Part shown: in pieces, positions 23,813-35,379 of the stretch
How the letters are laid out: each line of letters starts with the position of its first letter
Position numbering within the stretch: position 1 is the first letter of the stretch
Source of the DNA: Eukaryota sp. TZLM1-RC
Taxonomy: Eukaryota; Protista; Metamonada: BaSk clade
Direction: 5' to 3'
Assembly: GCA_040285825.1 (NCBI GenBank)
Contig: JAUPSS010000001.1
Location: forward strand, 2,418,001-2,482,000
Length of the DNA: 64,000 nucleotides
Program-made: the position numbers and the translations under genes
Notes under the pieces: model-generated
Database searches by the model: none
Seen by the model: the letters and a program-made list of their open reading frames with translations, nothing else
What the model was told of the DNA's origin: nothing

Positions 23813-24199
23813 TGTCAGTCATGATTCTCAACAAGAATCCCAAGTTTTGACAAAAGTTTTTCATTGTTTCGCATCATTATCGACATTCCATGGCAGCGTT
23901 GTGAATCAGAAAATTCATTCAGCACCAGTTGTAAAAATTCAAAAACTTCACAAGAAAGAATTTATCAAGATCTGGGCAATTACCGTCTATCTCATTGGTT
24001 TATTAACAAAATAATATATCTATTGTAAGTAATGATAATATTTTTTTAAGATCATAAGGAGTTTTTGCTTTTACATGATCCAATACTGTTTGATTTCAAA
24101 TTCAAATTTTTGATTTTTATTGTTTTCGAAGGCCACAGTTTTATGCTCTTGCTTTTCCATAAGTTATTTTTTTATTTATTATTTATTTATTTATTTATT

Positions 24200-24873
24200 A
24201 AGAACCATTTATATAAAGAATCAAATAAAAACAAAACAAACTAAAACACATAAGAAACTAAATTCTCCACGCCAACTCTTGATGAATCCTTATAAAGTTT
24301 GGACATCATTAAACTCAAGTACTTGGGAACACTTCTGTACAAAGCGAAAATGATACGATTTTTCCATAAATTCTCTGCAAAATTCTTACCACTTGAACGA
24401 CATAAATTACCAAAATCATTGATGAAATTCAAAGCAGATTGTCCAATGTTGCCAAAAATCGAAAAGGCAAAAGGAACAAACAAAAACTTCGAATAAAGGT
24501 TCTTATTTAAATCATTTAATATCTCAGTATATTTATCTCTCTTACGATCTTCAGACTTGTTTAAATGACCATTAGTACTAAGTAAAACATCATCACGATA
24601 AACAAAAGCAAAGGGATAAACTGTAGTGAAATCAACAACAACTTGACAGTAATCCACAAAAGGAGCAATTAAATCACCTCGATGTGAATTAAACAGATTA
24701 TCATCACCATAATGCTTCAACAAAGGTTCTACTTTGCAACCAAAATTGTAACACTTGAACATCTCATATGTCACATCACGAACGGCATTATGAAGAACTG
24801 GCCTATATTGGAGAAATTTCTTACAGCTCACAATATGACTTTTATATTTATTTATATTTTTAAGATCACACAC
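24200..24873 (-). mobile_element. 3' part (RLE) of CRE-like element (family D)
   Basis: HIVSC..., LHNAVRD, VEPLL, RGDL..VVDF, KRDKY, FVPFAFSIFGNIG; A-rich tail. Confidence 0.85.
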
Positions 24874-25599
24874 TTTCCTGGGCTATTAGTAGGGCCGTAC
24901 TAGTAATACAAATCTTACCAGAAGACATTTTTTCATGTTTTTTTTATCAATTTTTATGTGTTTTAGTGAAGACTGACTGAATAACTTAGATATTTCAAAA
25001 TTACTTTGTTTACGGCGTAAATAGACGTAAAGTAGACAACTCACTTCCGTTGGAAGTGATAAATGTCAAAAAGTACAAATAACGAAAAAAATTAAACGAA
25101 GCTAAACAATATTGATAAATTCATAGCATGAGACAAATAGATTTGAACTTGTTTGATGTGTTTCTACTCATGAACTTATGCCAATGTGAAGGCTCTATAT
25201 CATCGCTTCATCTGATGATGAACTTCATCATCAGTGTACAGTCTTCTACTCACATTTTTTCCAATTGCTTAATCTTTCACCTTGAAGCAAAGGAATTAAT
25301 TTCAATAATTTGGAAATAAAAAGCTTTTGGATCAAAAATGAGTTTATATTTGAATTTTCAATTGTTTTTTGTTGAATGAAACCAGCATTTGTTTCCATTC
25401 ACCACAGCTCACCATACGTCATGCTCTGAATGGTCTTAAATTGATAACTTATCGTGCTTCAGTAAATGATACTGCTTTTTATCACAAAAAACGCAAGAAT
25501 CATGTATCAAAGAATCTTTACTAAAAGAAGTTCAGAAACTTGAAATTTAATCGATTCACAAATAATATCAAATTATTAATAAAGAACTTTTTTTCGAAA

Positions 25600-25960
25600 A
25601 TTTTTAATTTATTACTTTCAAAAAAACTCACAAAAAACACAAAAATAAAATTCTAAATCTTCATATCCCAAATCAGCCAACAAAAATTGACTGGAAATTT
25701 TTTCTTCATAAAAGCGACGAAAAAGTATTAAAGCAGAAGACAATAATGGGACAAACCCTTTAAAAATTGACAATACAATTCTGGTCTGCCAAAACATTTC
25801 GTCAAAAATTCTTCTTGTACGTTGCTTTACAACATCAACAAAATCATCCAAAAAGATAAAGCAAGTGGTCCAAGCGTACCATGTCAGGAAAAAGCAAATG
25901 GACAAAAGACATAATGAGTATGCGATTCAGCATCCAAAGATAGCAACTTTGCTTTATATT
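25600..25960 (-). mobile_element. 3' fragment of CRE-like element (family E)
   Basis: FLDDFVDVVKQRTRRIFDEMFWQTRIVLSIFKG. Confidence 0.8.
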
Positions 25961-26160
25961 AACCGGTCTGAATCTCTTAAAGGCATTTGGATCTGTGACC
26001 TTTACAGCGCATTCGGTATCTTCCTCGCGATGATCCTCAACACATGCAGCACATCTCTTACTTGTACGACACTCGCCCACCAAGTATACTTTTATACCAG
26101 CTTTTCCCAGAATTCCACCTCGGAGAAATTTTTCCACTCATTTTGTGGGTCTTTTTGTAT
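25961..26160 (-). pseudogene. Third Fanzor1 fragment (RuvC-II + Zn ribbon), different family
   Basis: ILGKAGIKVYLVGECRTSKRCAAC matches the Fanzor1 pattern L.KAG..VYL.DE.RTS..C..C. Confidence 0.7.
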
Positions 26161-26406
26161 CAAACAAACAGTCAAATTTATTGTCTAATATAACTATACA
26201 GTGTTTTTCCTTGTTTTTTATTCTATATTTTGTGATAAATTTTCTTAAATGGACTTTTTAAACAAATAGGAATATGTTATGTCACTAAAACAAACAACCA
26301 GTATTTATTTTATTCAATAGAGAACAAGTGCATGAATAGTCACAACAAATGAGTGTGATTGAGATGTGTACAAGATATGATAATTTCTCTTTTATGTGTC
26401 TTTCAT

Positions 26407-29400
26407 ATGATGTTACCTTTCATATTCATTTTATCACTACTAAGCACTTCTTCTTGTACAATAATAGCCTCTCTGCATGGTTCTTCCTCCTCGATTAGCC
26501 AACATCAGCCAATCCATTTAGACCTCTCTTCATCTCAACTCACATCTTCTACTCCCCAATATTTCTCTGTCAAATGGGGAGATGGGACGACATCATCCTG
26601 CTCTTCCTCGTTACACCTCTCACATATTTACGTCACCCATGGAACCTTCACAGTCACTGTCCATTCATCAGATGACCCTAACAGCTGCATAGCTAATCTT
26701 GATCATTCTCTTGGTGAAATGAAGTCGTTTGAAGTCAATGTTGGTCGGAGTCTTTTTTGTAACTACGTAGAAGTTTATTCGGAAAACCAAAAACCAATTT
26801 TCTTTTTTTCACTAAATGAATCAAGTATTTTTTATTTAAAAATTGTTTCCTACCAAGATGAAAATTTCTCTTTAGCTTATTTTGATAGAGGTTTACACTT
26901 CAACATTACACCAGTCGGTGTTCAATCAAATTTGATTGGTTTTGATCATGACCTTGAAAGCTGGATTTTTGAACTTTCCCCACTTCCAACTAGACAAATG
27001 TCAACCGAATTCAATCAAGAAATGATTGATGACGATTCGATCAGGAAGGTTTCCGATGGTGGAAAATATTTTCAAATTTCAATAGAAAATTCTCTTGTTG
27101 AATTTAATTCTTGTTTAGTAAAATCCTTAACCCTAGAAGGCCAACTAACATCAAATAATGACCCTGAGTTCCTGGGAAGTCTTTTGAATTCTGACCATAT
27201 AACGTCACCAATCATGTCAGAATTAGGGTTCAAAATGATTTGTGACCCCTGTCAACCCAGAAGATGCTTGGGTTGGTTTTCTTCATATAATGTGATGTTA
27301 ACGTTTGATGGTTTCTCCAATCATTTTTTGATTGATCTTACCCGCAATCAAGACACTAGTTCAAAATATTCAATTTGTCACGGCTTGTCAGAGTTGATGT
27401 GTGAAAATTTGGTTGTTTTTGATATCAAGTTATTAAATGGTTTCAATAGAATTTTATTTAAATGTAATTTCGGAATTGTTATTGGAATTTACAATTTGGA
27501 ATCAGGTAGATTTGTTTTTAAGTGGTTTACCAATGTGCCTGACGAAAGATTCGAAGAAGCTTTAAATGAAGGCACAGAGTTGAAAATTTCGACTTTTGAA
27601 ATTTTTGGCGGTTTTGGATGTGGATTTTTTGGATATAATTATGGAAAAAACCATATTTTCCTAATCACTCACGACTCGTCTGAAAATTTCAACATTATTG
27701 CTTCAATCAAATCTGATTCCTCCAATCTCATCAATATTCCCTATGCAATCAGAGTTTCTACTTATAACATTGTCAGGGCCGTCAAGAGCATTCTTCGGGG
27801 TTTTGTAGTTGGTTGCAATATTTTGTTACTAAGCAATGAAGCTAACCAAATGGCTGATGTCGTGCTAAATTATGATGGTGCAACGGAATTTGAAGTTGAA
27901 GAATTTGAATACTTGCCTCACACCAGGTCAGAATTTGATCCCAATTCTGGATGGTTCACATCAGTCTTTAAATTTCCAGAGGAGGAGGTCATAAATGAAT
28001 TGATTATTGACCCAAAGGGAACTGGCATTTTTGCTATAGGAAACCACTCGATTTGGTATAGCTTCTTGACTTTTAATAATTTAAAATTTTCACTTCTTTA
28101 TTCCTCCGAAGAAGAGATCATTACGAAATTTTCGACCTGTCATAATGGGAAATGGGCAGCTTTTGTTGGTAATTCAAATATCGCCATGGGTGAAGTTCCT
28201 TTTGTGAGTTATGTGACGTCACCATTGACGAGAAGAGCTCATTTAATCTCTTTTGACGACAATATTGAAATTTTCAGTCATTTACAGTTTTCGACAAGTT
28301 GTGAGCTTGAAGTTGTCACATTTATGCTGGAAAAGGGATCACCAATCAAAATTTCCAAAATTCGTCCTATTTATTCAAATATTGCCAATACATTCAAAAT
28401 TTCCCTGCCATCAGACTTGACTCCTACGTCAATGTCAAGTGTTTCTTGGTTGGTATTGAGCTCATTTCCAAATATTGAAGATTCTACCAAATTTTGGCAA
28501 TCTGTAACAACCTCACATTCTTTGACGACAAGTTTTGGTGTCAGTGGTCGTCTCAGGTCAATCAATCAAATCAACAATCAAATTTTGATGGAATGGCCAA
28601 TGAAAATTCCTGAATTTCCTGTAAATAATTGTGAAACTTTATTGCATTCTGATGATTTTGTTATTGAAAATGGTTTCTTCGTATTAATGCCCAATCAAAC
28701 ATCACATTTCACAATCGATTCTGACTGTTTGCCTTTTACACTTTCTGATTTAGGCAAGTCGATCGTTATTCAAGATTTTTCCGGGAAACTGACACGTCAC
28801 AAGCTGTCTGGATCAGCTTACATCTCCAAAATTTTGACTGACTTCGAAGTAGAGATCACTGTAGTTTCGCAGTTAAAAACTGAGTCACTTTCCCTTTCAA
28901 ATTCAACATGGACAATGATTGATTTGCGTGCTTACAATTCAATTAAACCGGCAGTCGGACAATCAGCGACGGTTACTAATAGTGGAAACAGTCAATTTGA
29001 GTTTGATTTTGAGATTAATTCTGGATTATTTAAATTTAAATCTGCTTTTATTGGACTTTATTTATTTAACAATAACGAATTGTTAGGCAGAGTAGAGGAA
29101 ATTTTGTCTGATTATCATCTAAAATTTCGTAGTTTTGAACCTTTGACTGTGACAAGTCTATCAGAATATGATTGGTCGATCTCTGACTTGTCAAGTGTCG
29201 AGAGAGACACGTATGAACGAAAATTTCACACCTTTATTACTCTTGCTCCCTGTCCATTTACTAAAGTTGAAATTCCAAATGAAAATCATCTTTATATTGA
29301 CCGTCAAGAAGAATTAGTTCTGAAATTTAATTTTCATCCCACTGAAAATGATTTATACAGAAATGTTTTGTCGACAAATTCTATTTCTCCACTCTTAGTC

Positions 29401-30345
29401 AGTCAATCCAACCCACTGATGTCATCTATTCAAATTTTTTCAAGTAGAGCTCACGAGTCAAGTGAAGTCAATGGCCCATTGAGCTCAGAACTCAAAATTT
29501 CGGGGAAAAATGACACCTTTGGCCCCTTTTCCATCATGATCACGTCACCATCACATAGCATCTCCTGTCCTTTCACAGGACATTATTCAGTACCTTTGGC
29601 TTCCGTTTGTCCACCTTTTAGGTTGGTCAAAATCAATCACGATTTTGATCTATTAGACTCGATTGATGACACTTCCGTTTTAGAACCTCTGCCAGTCAAC
29701 TATCGACCTCCTTCCCGTTATGGCAAGGGGATCCCAGTTTGTGATAATATTTACAATGCTGATCCGAATAAACCACGGTACTTTGATGTTGACAAACGAT
29801 CTCTGGAAAGTGGAAGCTTCAAGCAATGTGAAGAGTTTTCGGAAAAACCTAATTGCGGATGTCAAAAAGAGCAAAAAGTTTCGCAATTGGAATCTGAATC
29901 AGATTGTATCACAAAAGCCTTGAGGGTATTTTTTAATGATGGTTTTGAACCAAAATTTCAAGTTGTTGATCAAAAAATTGACGTTGTTTTGGATGAAAAT
30001 TTTGATGATCCTTATTATTTGGTAGAGCTCAATGGCCGTACTGATTATTGTTTTATTGGGGATGAACTATCAATTGATTGTCTGGATTTCGATCAGGTTA
30101 AAAACCACCTAGTCTTGCCAGACGAACGGATTATTTTTGCAGGAGATGAGCTGTTTCACTTCAAGGCTGTTTTTGAATCCAATTCCTTCTGCAATTTCGA
30201 GACTGAGTTTATCATTTGGGTATTTGAACCTCCGGCTGAAGCCACTGTCGTGTGGAGCACCATTTCGATTACCGCTGTCACTATTGGAACTGTTTTGTTT
30301 GTGTTGTACTTGTTTTACTTCAAAATTGAAGGAAGACGGTTTTAA
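26407..30345 (+). CDS. CATSPERB: CatSper channel auxiliary subunit beta homolog (signal peptide, PKD-like domain, C-terminal TM)
   Basis: LPVNYRPPSRYGKGIPVCDNIYNADPNKP...GSFKQC...CGC..EQK.S....SDC, E.NGR, G.ELFHF...FCNFETEFIIWV.EPP and a TM helix, collinear with the CATSPERB C-terminal region as recalled. Start may be as far upstream as 26359. Confidence 0.85.
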   Translation: MMLPFIFILSLLSTSSCTIIASLHGSSSSISQHQPIHLDLSSSQLTSSTPQYFSVKWGDGTTSSCSSSLHLSHIYVTHGTFTVTVHSSDDPNSCIANLDHSLGEMKSFEVNVGRSLFCNYVEVYSENQKPIFFFSLNESSIFYLKIVSYQDENFSLAYFDRGLHFNITPVGVQSNLIGFDHDLESWIFELSPLPTRQMSTEFNQEMIDDDSIRKVSDGGKYFQISIENSLVEFNSCLVKSLTLEGQLTSNNDPEFLGSLLNSDHITSPIMSELGFKMICDPCQPRRCLGWFSSYNVMLTFDGFSNHFLIDLTRNQDTSSKYSICHGLSELMCENLVVFDIKLLNGFNRILFKCNFGIVIGIYNLESGRFVFKWFTNVPDERFEEALNEGTELKISTFEIFGGFGCGFFGYNYGKNHIFLITHDSSENFNIIASIKSDSSNLINIPYAIRVSTYNIVRAVKSILRGFVVGCNILLLSNEANQMADVVLNYDGATEFEVEEFEYLPHTRSEFDPNSGWFTSVFKFPEEEVINELIIDPKGTGIFAIGNHSIWYSFLTFNNLKFSLLYSSEEEIITKFSTCHNGKWAAFVGNSNIAMGEVPFVSYVTSPLTRRAHLISFDDNIEIFSHLQFSTSCELEVVTFMLEKGSPIKISKIRPIYSNIANTFKISLPSDLTPTSMSSVSWLVLSSFPNIEDSTKFWQSVTTSHSLTTSFGVSGRLRSINQINNQILMEWPMKIPEFPVNNCETLLHSDDFVIENGFFVLMPNQTSHFTIDSDCLPFTLSDLGKSIVIQDFSGKLTRHKLSGSAYISKILTDFEVEITVVSQLKTESLSLSNSTWTMIDLRAYNSIKPAVGQSATVTNSGNSQFEFDFEINSGLFKFKSAFIGLYLFNNNELLGRVEEILSDYHLKFRSFEPLTVTSLSEYDWSISDLSSVERDTYERKFHTFITLAPCPFTKVEIPNENHLYIDRQEELVLKFNFHPTENDLYRNVLSTNSISPLLVSQSNPLMSSIQIFSSRAHESSEVNGPLSSELKISGKNDTFGPFSIMITSPSHSISCPFTGHYSVPLASVCPPFRLVKINHDFDLLDSIDDTSVLEPLPVNYRPPSRYGKGIPVCDNIYNADPNKPRYFDVDKRSLESGSFKQCEEFSEKPNCGCQKEQKVSQLESESDCITKALRVFFNDGFEPKFQVVDQKIDVVLDENFDDPYYLVELNGRTDYCFIGDELSIDCLDFDQVKNHLVLPDERIIFAGDELFHFKAVFESNSFCNFETEFIIWVFEPPAEATVVWSTISITAVTIGTVLFVLYLFYFKIEGRRF

Positions 30346-30689
30346 TTTACTTGTTAAGGGGATTGTTTTTAGTTTTTCTGGTTTAATTATTTAATAAGAA
30401 TATTCTCAAAAAAGATTTTTTTTATTTTGTGTTTGCAATCGATTATTTTTCTCTCTTGTTTTACTTGTGTTGACTATTAATTTTTATTATTGACACAACA
30501 TTTATTTTTTTTTGACCATTTTTTGGATAGTTATTTAAAAAACGAAAGGAATAAATTCAAAATTTAGAAGTAAAAGCAATTAACAAAAACAATGAGTTAA
30601 CTCAGTCACATTCAGTAGGTTACCACACGAAGAACACAAAGGTATTGTTTGATATTTGTATTAATTAATATTAATTCAAAATTAAATTA

Positions 30690-30985
30690 TTTTTATATTT
30701 TCTATGTAATTACAAAACAAAACAAAATAAAACACATAAGAAACAAAATTCTCCACGTCAACTCTTGATGAATCCTTATACAGCTTGGACATGATTGAAT
30801 TTAAATACTTGGGAACACTTCTATACAAAGCAAAAATGATACGATTCTTCCATAAATTCCCTGCAAAATTCTTACCACTTGAACGACAAAGAATATCAAA
30901 ATCATTGAGAAAACTCAAACCAGACTGACCAATATTACCAAAAATCGAGAAGGCAAAAGGAACAAAAGAAAACTTCGAGTAAAAA
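30690..30985 (-). mobile_element. 3' fragment of CRE-like element (family D)
   Basis: Near match to 24241-24500 (LWKNRIIFALYRSVPKYL). Confidence 0.85.
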
Positions 30986-31420
30986 TAAATTGATGTTAAT
31001 TAATGTTAAGAAGATATTGTCTTGTGAGCAAGGAGCTTTTTTTCTTATTATTAACTATTGGTTTGTTTTTTGAGTCTGTTTTTGTTTCTCAATTAAAGTT
31101 AGGTTTTCTAGTTACATTGATTATTTTCTCGTTGTTTCCTTTTTTGACCTATTCGATTGGTAGTAGGTCTTTCCTCTGGACTGTTTTTGATATAAATGTG
31201 TATCATAGAATTCTAATTTTGAAGGAATCCATTCATTAATCATCAACCTGGTCAAATTTGAACTCCAATAACATTATAAACAAGGTCATTAATTGAATTT
31301 AATCGAAAAATGGTTTATGTTTCGTTTAAATAGAAATTGATGCAGAAAAATGGCCTAATATATTTTAAAAAAAGCTTTAATAACTGTGTTTTAGATCGAA
31401 AAAAACACATTTAATTTGGT

Positions 31421-32761
31421 TTATTTCAACAACTTTTCAAAAACTCCTGCAGCAAATGTTCTCGATGAAACCTCTCTTAACAAATCCCTCAAATCTTCAT
31501 CAATTTCTTTTCCATTCAAACTACTTGCAATAAACCTAGCGATATTAGAACCAACCAAAGTATTTTCCGTATGTTTTAAAAAGATCAAAACACTATGAAA
31601 GCCTTTGAGCCATAATTTTCTCAAATTATCATGCATAGTCCTGGCTGCTGGCTTCCATTTAGGTTGATCAAAGTAATAAAGAAGATTTAAAATTTTGTTG
31701 TGAAAAGGTTTATATTTTGATAATTGAATTATTAATTCAAATATTTGAATTTTTGTAGCTTCAACTGGAGAGGTTTCGTTGTGAAAGACAAAATCAAGCC
31801 TATAGATGACCAAGTATGCTCCAAACGGAGAATTTGAAATTAAAGCAGATAAATTATTCAAATGTTTAACTGAATCTTTCACCATATTATTATCAATAAA
31901 TTCTTCGCAAATTGATTTTACATTCAGGTTATGCCCCGGAAGAAGGGAAAAATGAAATATATTGATAAAATATGAAGCTCGTTTTTTTGACGATAGTTGG
32001 ACAAAATGTGGTAATAACTTATCTAAAATTGAAATTTTCCTGAAATATTCATACACCTCATAATGGAGATCAGGTGACACCCTTGTCAGCTCTTGCTCGA
32101 CATCTTGTAGGTCGGCTTGTGTCGGGCTTTGGGAGGTAGTGACCATAGAGACGGTCTTAACCAAGTTAATTAATTCAATAGATTTTGGAAAATAAATTGA
32201 AGATTCTAGAAGAAAAAGAGACTCATCTGAGTTGAATTGTTTTAATAAAATATTTCTTCTATTATTTAAATCAGAATTGGTAGAAAAATCCAAAGAATTT
32301 AATACAAAACAAAAGAAAAAAGCGAGGTCTGGAACAGTCAAGAGCTGGTCTACTTTTGATCTACATTTTTGTCCTAATGGATCCAAAAGACATTCTTCCA
32401 GCATAGAAGTAACTAAAGCTAGTTGACCATACACAGACAAATCTGGACGAAATGTTGTTGGTTGATTCTTTTTAATAGCAAGTTCTGACGCAATTGCTCC
32501 AATGGTAGAGCTATGGGATTGAAACATGTTGGTGAGAACTGGGTCGGTAAGGACGTCGTCTAGGCCGTCAGGAGGTGATGGTAGGGAAGCAACTGAGGCA
32601 ACTTGATCTAAATGAGATATTACAACGTTCTGCAGACCATCAAGGATGAGATTAGATATTTCATCTCTTGGGGTACCGAGCAATTCGAGCCAGGCTGAGA
32701 GAGTTGCTACTTGTCTGTTGGGGCTATAATTATCAAAGTCGTTTTTATCGGATGTCATCAT
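31421..32761 (-). CDS. Hypothetical helical protein, possibly divergent NELF-B/COBRA1
   Basis: WLELLGTPRDEISNLILDGLQNVVISHL resembles NELF-B FLDLHGTPRLEFHQSVFDELRDKLLERV; the rest is weak. Confidence 0.4.
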   Translation of the reverse strand: MMTSDKNDFDNYSPNRQVATLSAWLELLGTPRDEISNLILDGLQNVVISHLDQVASVASLPSPPDGLDDVLTDPVLTNMFQSHSSTIGAIASELAIKKNQPTTFRPDLSVYGQLALVTSMLEECLLDPLGQKCRSKVDQLLTVPDLAFFFCFVLNSLDFSTNSDLNNRRNILLKQFNSDESLFLLESSIYFPKSIELINLVKTVSMVTTSQSPTQADLQDVEQELTRVSPDLHYEVYEYFRKISILDKLLPHFVQLSSKKRASYFINIFHFSLLPGHNLNVKSICEEFIDNNMVKDSVKHLNNLSALISNSPFGAYLVIYRLDFVFHNETSPVEATKIQIFELIIQLSKYKPFHNKILNLLYYFDQPKWKPAARTMHDNLRKLWLKGFHSVLIFLKHTENTLVGSNIARFIASSLNGKEIDEDLRDLLREVSSRTFAAGVFEKLLK

Positions 32762-33303
32762 GTAGATGTGATAATGTGTGCAGTGAAGAGCAGGAGTGTT
32801 GCCCAATGAGAGGGTGAATAAGTCCTGCTTGATTTTTTACAAGATTGGTTCTTCCTTTTAAACTATGTCAAATACCAAGATTTCACCTCGAAGTCACAAC
32901 AAATCTTTGTTTTTGTTACCACATTTTTGAAATAAAAAAATATTAGTATAATTCAGGTTTAATAAAGATTAAAAGTATGTGATTGATACAATATCAACAT
33001 TTTAACGATAATGTATCAACATTTCAAAGTAGTTCCTGTTGAACTATGGGTCTTTTCAAGACATGGCCTCGGTGACAACAGTAGTAATGAGAGGAAAGCT
33101 CGTTCAATTTAACGTAACACTTCTGTAAAATAGTGATCAAAAACAGAAAACTATTGATATAAGTATAGTCGATGCAGCAGAAACTCATGCAATACCTTCA
33201 GACGATGGAAACAACATGAGATGAGGTTGATTGGTGTCAATGTCAATCAATTGACATTTTCAGTCTTTTCTACATCCTTTTTGTTGGCTTATTTGATTCA
33301 ACA

Positions 33304-33795
33304 ATGACATTGAGCCTTACGATACCTACACACTCTCCTGATGGCTCTACAATGCCTGCATCACCACGAGCAATTTCTTGTCGGAACAGAGAACATGAAA
33401 TCGTTTCCAAACTCAATCTGGAACAAGATCTGCAACGCAAACGGTCACTTAATTCTCCCAAGCAGAAGGAACAACGGGAGAGAGAAATAGTGGCTTCACA
33501 AGCTCAACGTATCGCCCAAAATGAAAAAGCATTGGCTGTTAAAGCTGAGATGCTGAAAACCTCCAAACAAATATTGGAATCAAACCAGTTTGATGATGTC
33601 ATTAATAAGACCTATAGTCCAAAGGCTAAAAGTTCCCCAAAGATTTCCACATCCCCTGGTCCTTTCGTTGGGGCAACAACTCTCCAATCCCCTCATAGAA
33701 GAGAATATGATGATGAAACAAGAGCCCAACTTACCAGAGAGGCTGCGGAATATAATCGCAGTGTTATCATTGAAAAAGATCAACGTCATAGTTAG
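33304..33795 (+). CDS. Hypothetical 163-aa protein with SP/TP sites
   Basis: ATG-initiated ORF with coding-like composition. Confidence 0.6.
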   Translation: MTLSLTIPTHSPDGSTMPASPRAISCRNREHEIVSKLNLEQDLQRKRSLNSPKQKEQREREIVASQAQRIAQNEKALAVKAEMLKTSKQILESNQFDDVINKTYSPKAKSSPKISTSPGPFVGATTLQSPHRREYDDETRAQLTREAAEYNRSVIIEKDQRHS

Positions 33796-34021
33796 CTACA
33801 GTTATAGATCGTCATAGTTATATAGTATTTAGTTATGTAAATGTGTTTGTGTCTTGTTTGAATAGTAACATAACCATCAACAAGTTGTTGTGACATAGAC
33901 AAACCAATGAGATGATCAAAAACTTGCTCAAGTTTGATCACTCCGACTTAATCACCGACCTAAAAAAGGAGTTGAAGGAAACATTTTGCCTTCATCTCAA
34001 TCCATATTTGCGCCATTCCCC

Positions 34022-34312
34022 ATGTGTACGTCTGATTATATGGTCTTCCGCGTTCAGAGTCTCGTCTTGAAGAAGATGTTTGATCTTACCTTGGAGACAA
34101 ACATAACATTCAACGACTTTTGTTATCAACTCAGTCAACGAACAGAACTCAAGGATGCACTTTTCTCATACGTTGATTCAACAGGAATTGTTCGAAAGAT
34201 CAAGAGCGAAACCAGTTTCAGTGAGTGCATTTCTGATCACCACCGGGTTTTCGACAAGGAAATGCCTCTAAAACTCACCATCAAGTCTCACAGCTCTTGT
34301 TGTATTCTCTAG
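34022..34312 (+). CDS. Small PB1-like domain protein with C-terminal CaaX (CCIL)
   Basis: ITFNDFCYQL...FSYVDSTG...IKSETSF...PLKLTI PB1-like pattern; terminal CCIL. Confidence 0.55.
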   Translation: MCTSDYMVFRVQSLVLKKMFDLTLETNITFNDFCYQLSQRTELKDALFSYVDSTGIVRKIKSETSFSECISDHHRVFDKEMPLKLTIKSHSSCCIL

Positions 34313-34680
34313 TTTTGCTTTAGCTTTTGTATAATATCTTAGTTTACTTTTAACCTGAATGTATAGTAAATCTTAACCTGAAAAACGACTCTTCCATTGT
34401 CAAGTTGTGACAATATTGGTATTCTATATATATTGGAATATTTGTAATCTTTCTGACTTTCAAAGGTCAAGAAATGAATAAGTAAACAACTTGTAACTTA
34501 TCATCGAATACATCACATGCAGACAAGAACTGACTGACGTACTGTTTACAAGCATCACATTTTTGTGTTCAATTGGGTTATCAAATGTTCATCAGTCTTC
34601 TGAAAACAAGATTGCAAATATGCCAACGTGTCATTACATAATCAGAAGTTCAAACTTCATTCATTTTCCAGTTTCATCTA

Positions 34681-35223
34681 ATGCCAGTCCTCAACTCTAT
34701 AGAAAATCGCCGTTCTATTCGTGCATACACTGAAGACCCTGTTGATGATGAAGCTCTTGAAAGAGTACTTCATGCTGGTCTTCGCGCTGCTTCTGCCATG
34801 AACAAGCAGCAGGTTCATTTCACTGTTACTCGTAATCAAGAGCTTCTCACTGAGATCTCTAAAATCGCTGTTGAAAGTTTCTCTGATCAGTTAGCAAACT
34901 ACAAAAGTCGATTTGCTGATAAGAGCATTTTTTACGAGGCTCCTATTGTCGTCGTTTGTCATGCAGATCGTGGTTGTCCCTCTTGGGAACATGGAGATAC
35001 AGGAATTGCTGTCGGCAACATTGTGACCCAAGCAACTGAAGAAGGGTTGGGTTCATGTATCATTGGCTTAATCGCAATGGGAAGTGCCGAGAGCCACGAC
35101 ATCATCAAGGAAAAGCTCCAAATTCCCAAGGAACACGAGTTAGTCTGTGCTGTAACTTTGGGCCATTCAAAGTATCCTGGAAAAGCTCCCAAGATCAAGG
35201 AAGGCCGTGTCAAGTACATTTAG
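34681..35223 (+). CDS. Nitroreductase family protein
   Basis: IENRRSIRAY, AASAMNKQ, DTGIAVGNI..QATEEGLGSCIIG, LGH. Confidence 0.93.
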   Translation: MPVLNSIENRRSIRAYTEDPVDDEALERVLHAGLRAASAMNKQQVHFTVTRNQELLTEISKIAVESFSDQLANYKSRFADKSIFYEAPIVVVCHADRGCPSWEHGDTGIAVGNIVTQATEEGLGSCIIGLIAMGSAESHDIIKEKLQIPKEHELVCAVTLGHSKYPGKAPKIKEGRVKYI

Positions 35224-35379
35224 GTGTTTGTAATTTCAATTGTATATAAAGGGTGAATAACATATTAAACATTATTAGTTAATGGGAAAGCAATGAGATC
35301 ACAACAGTAAACACCTTTATAATACAAAAAAAGCAAAAACTTCAAGAATAGTAATAAAATTAAATAAAATTAAACCTAA

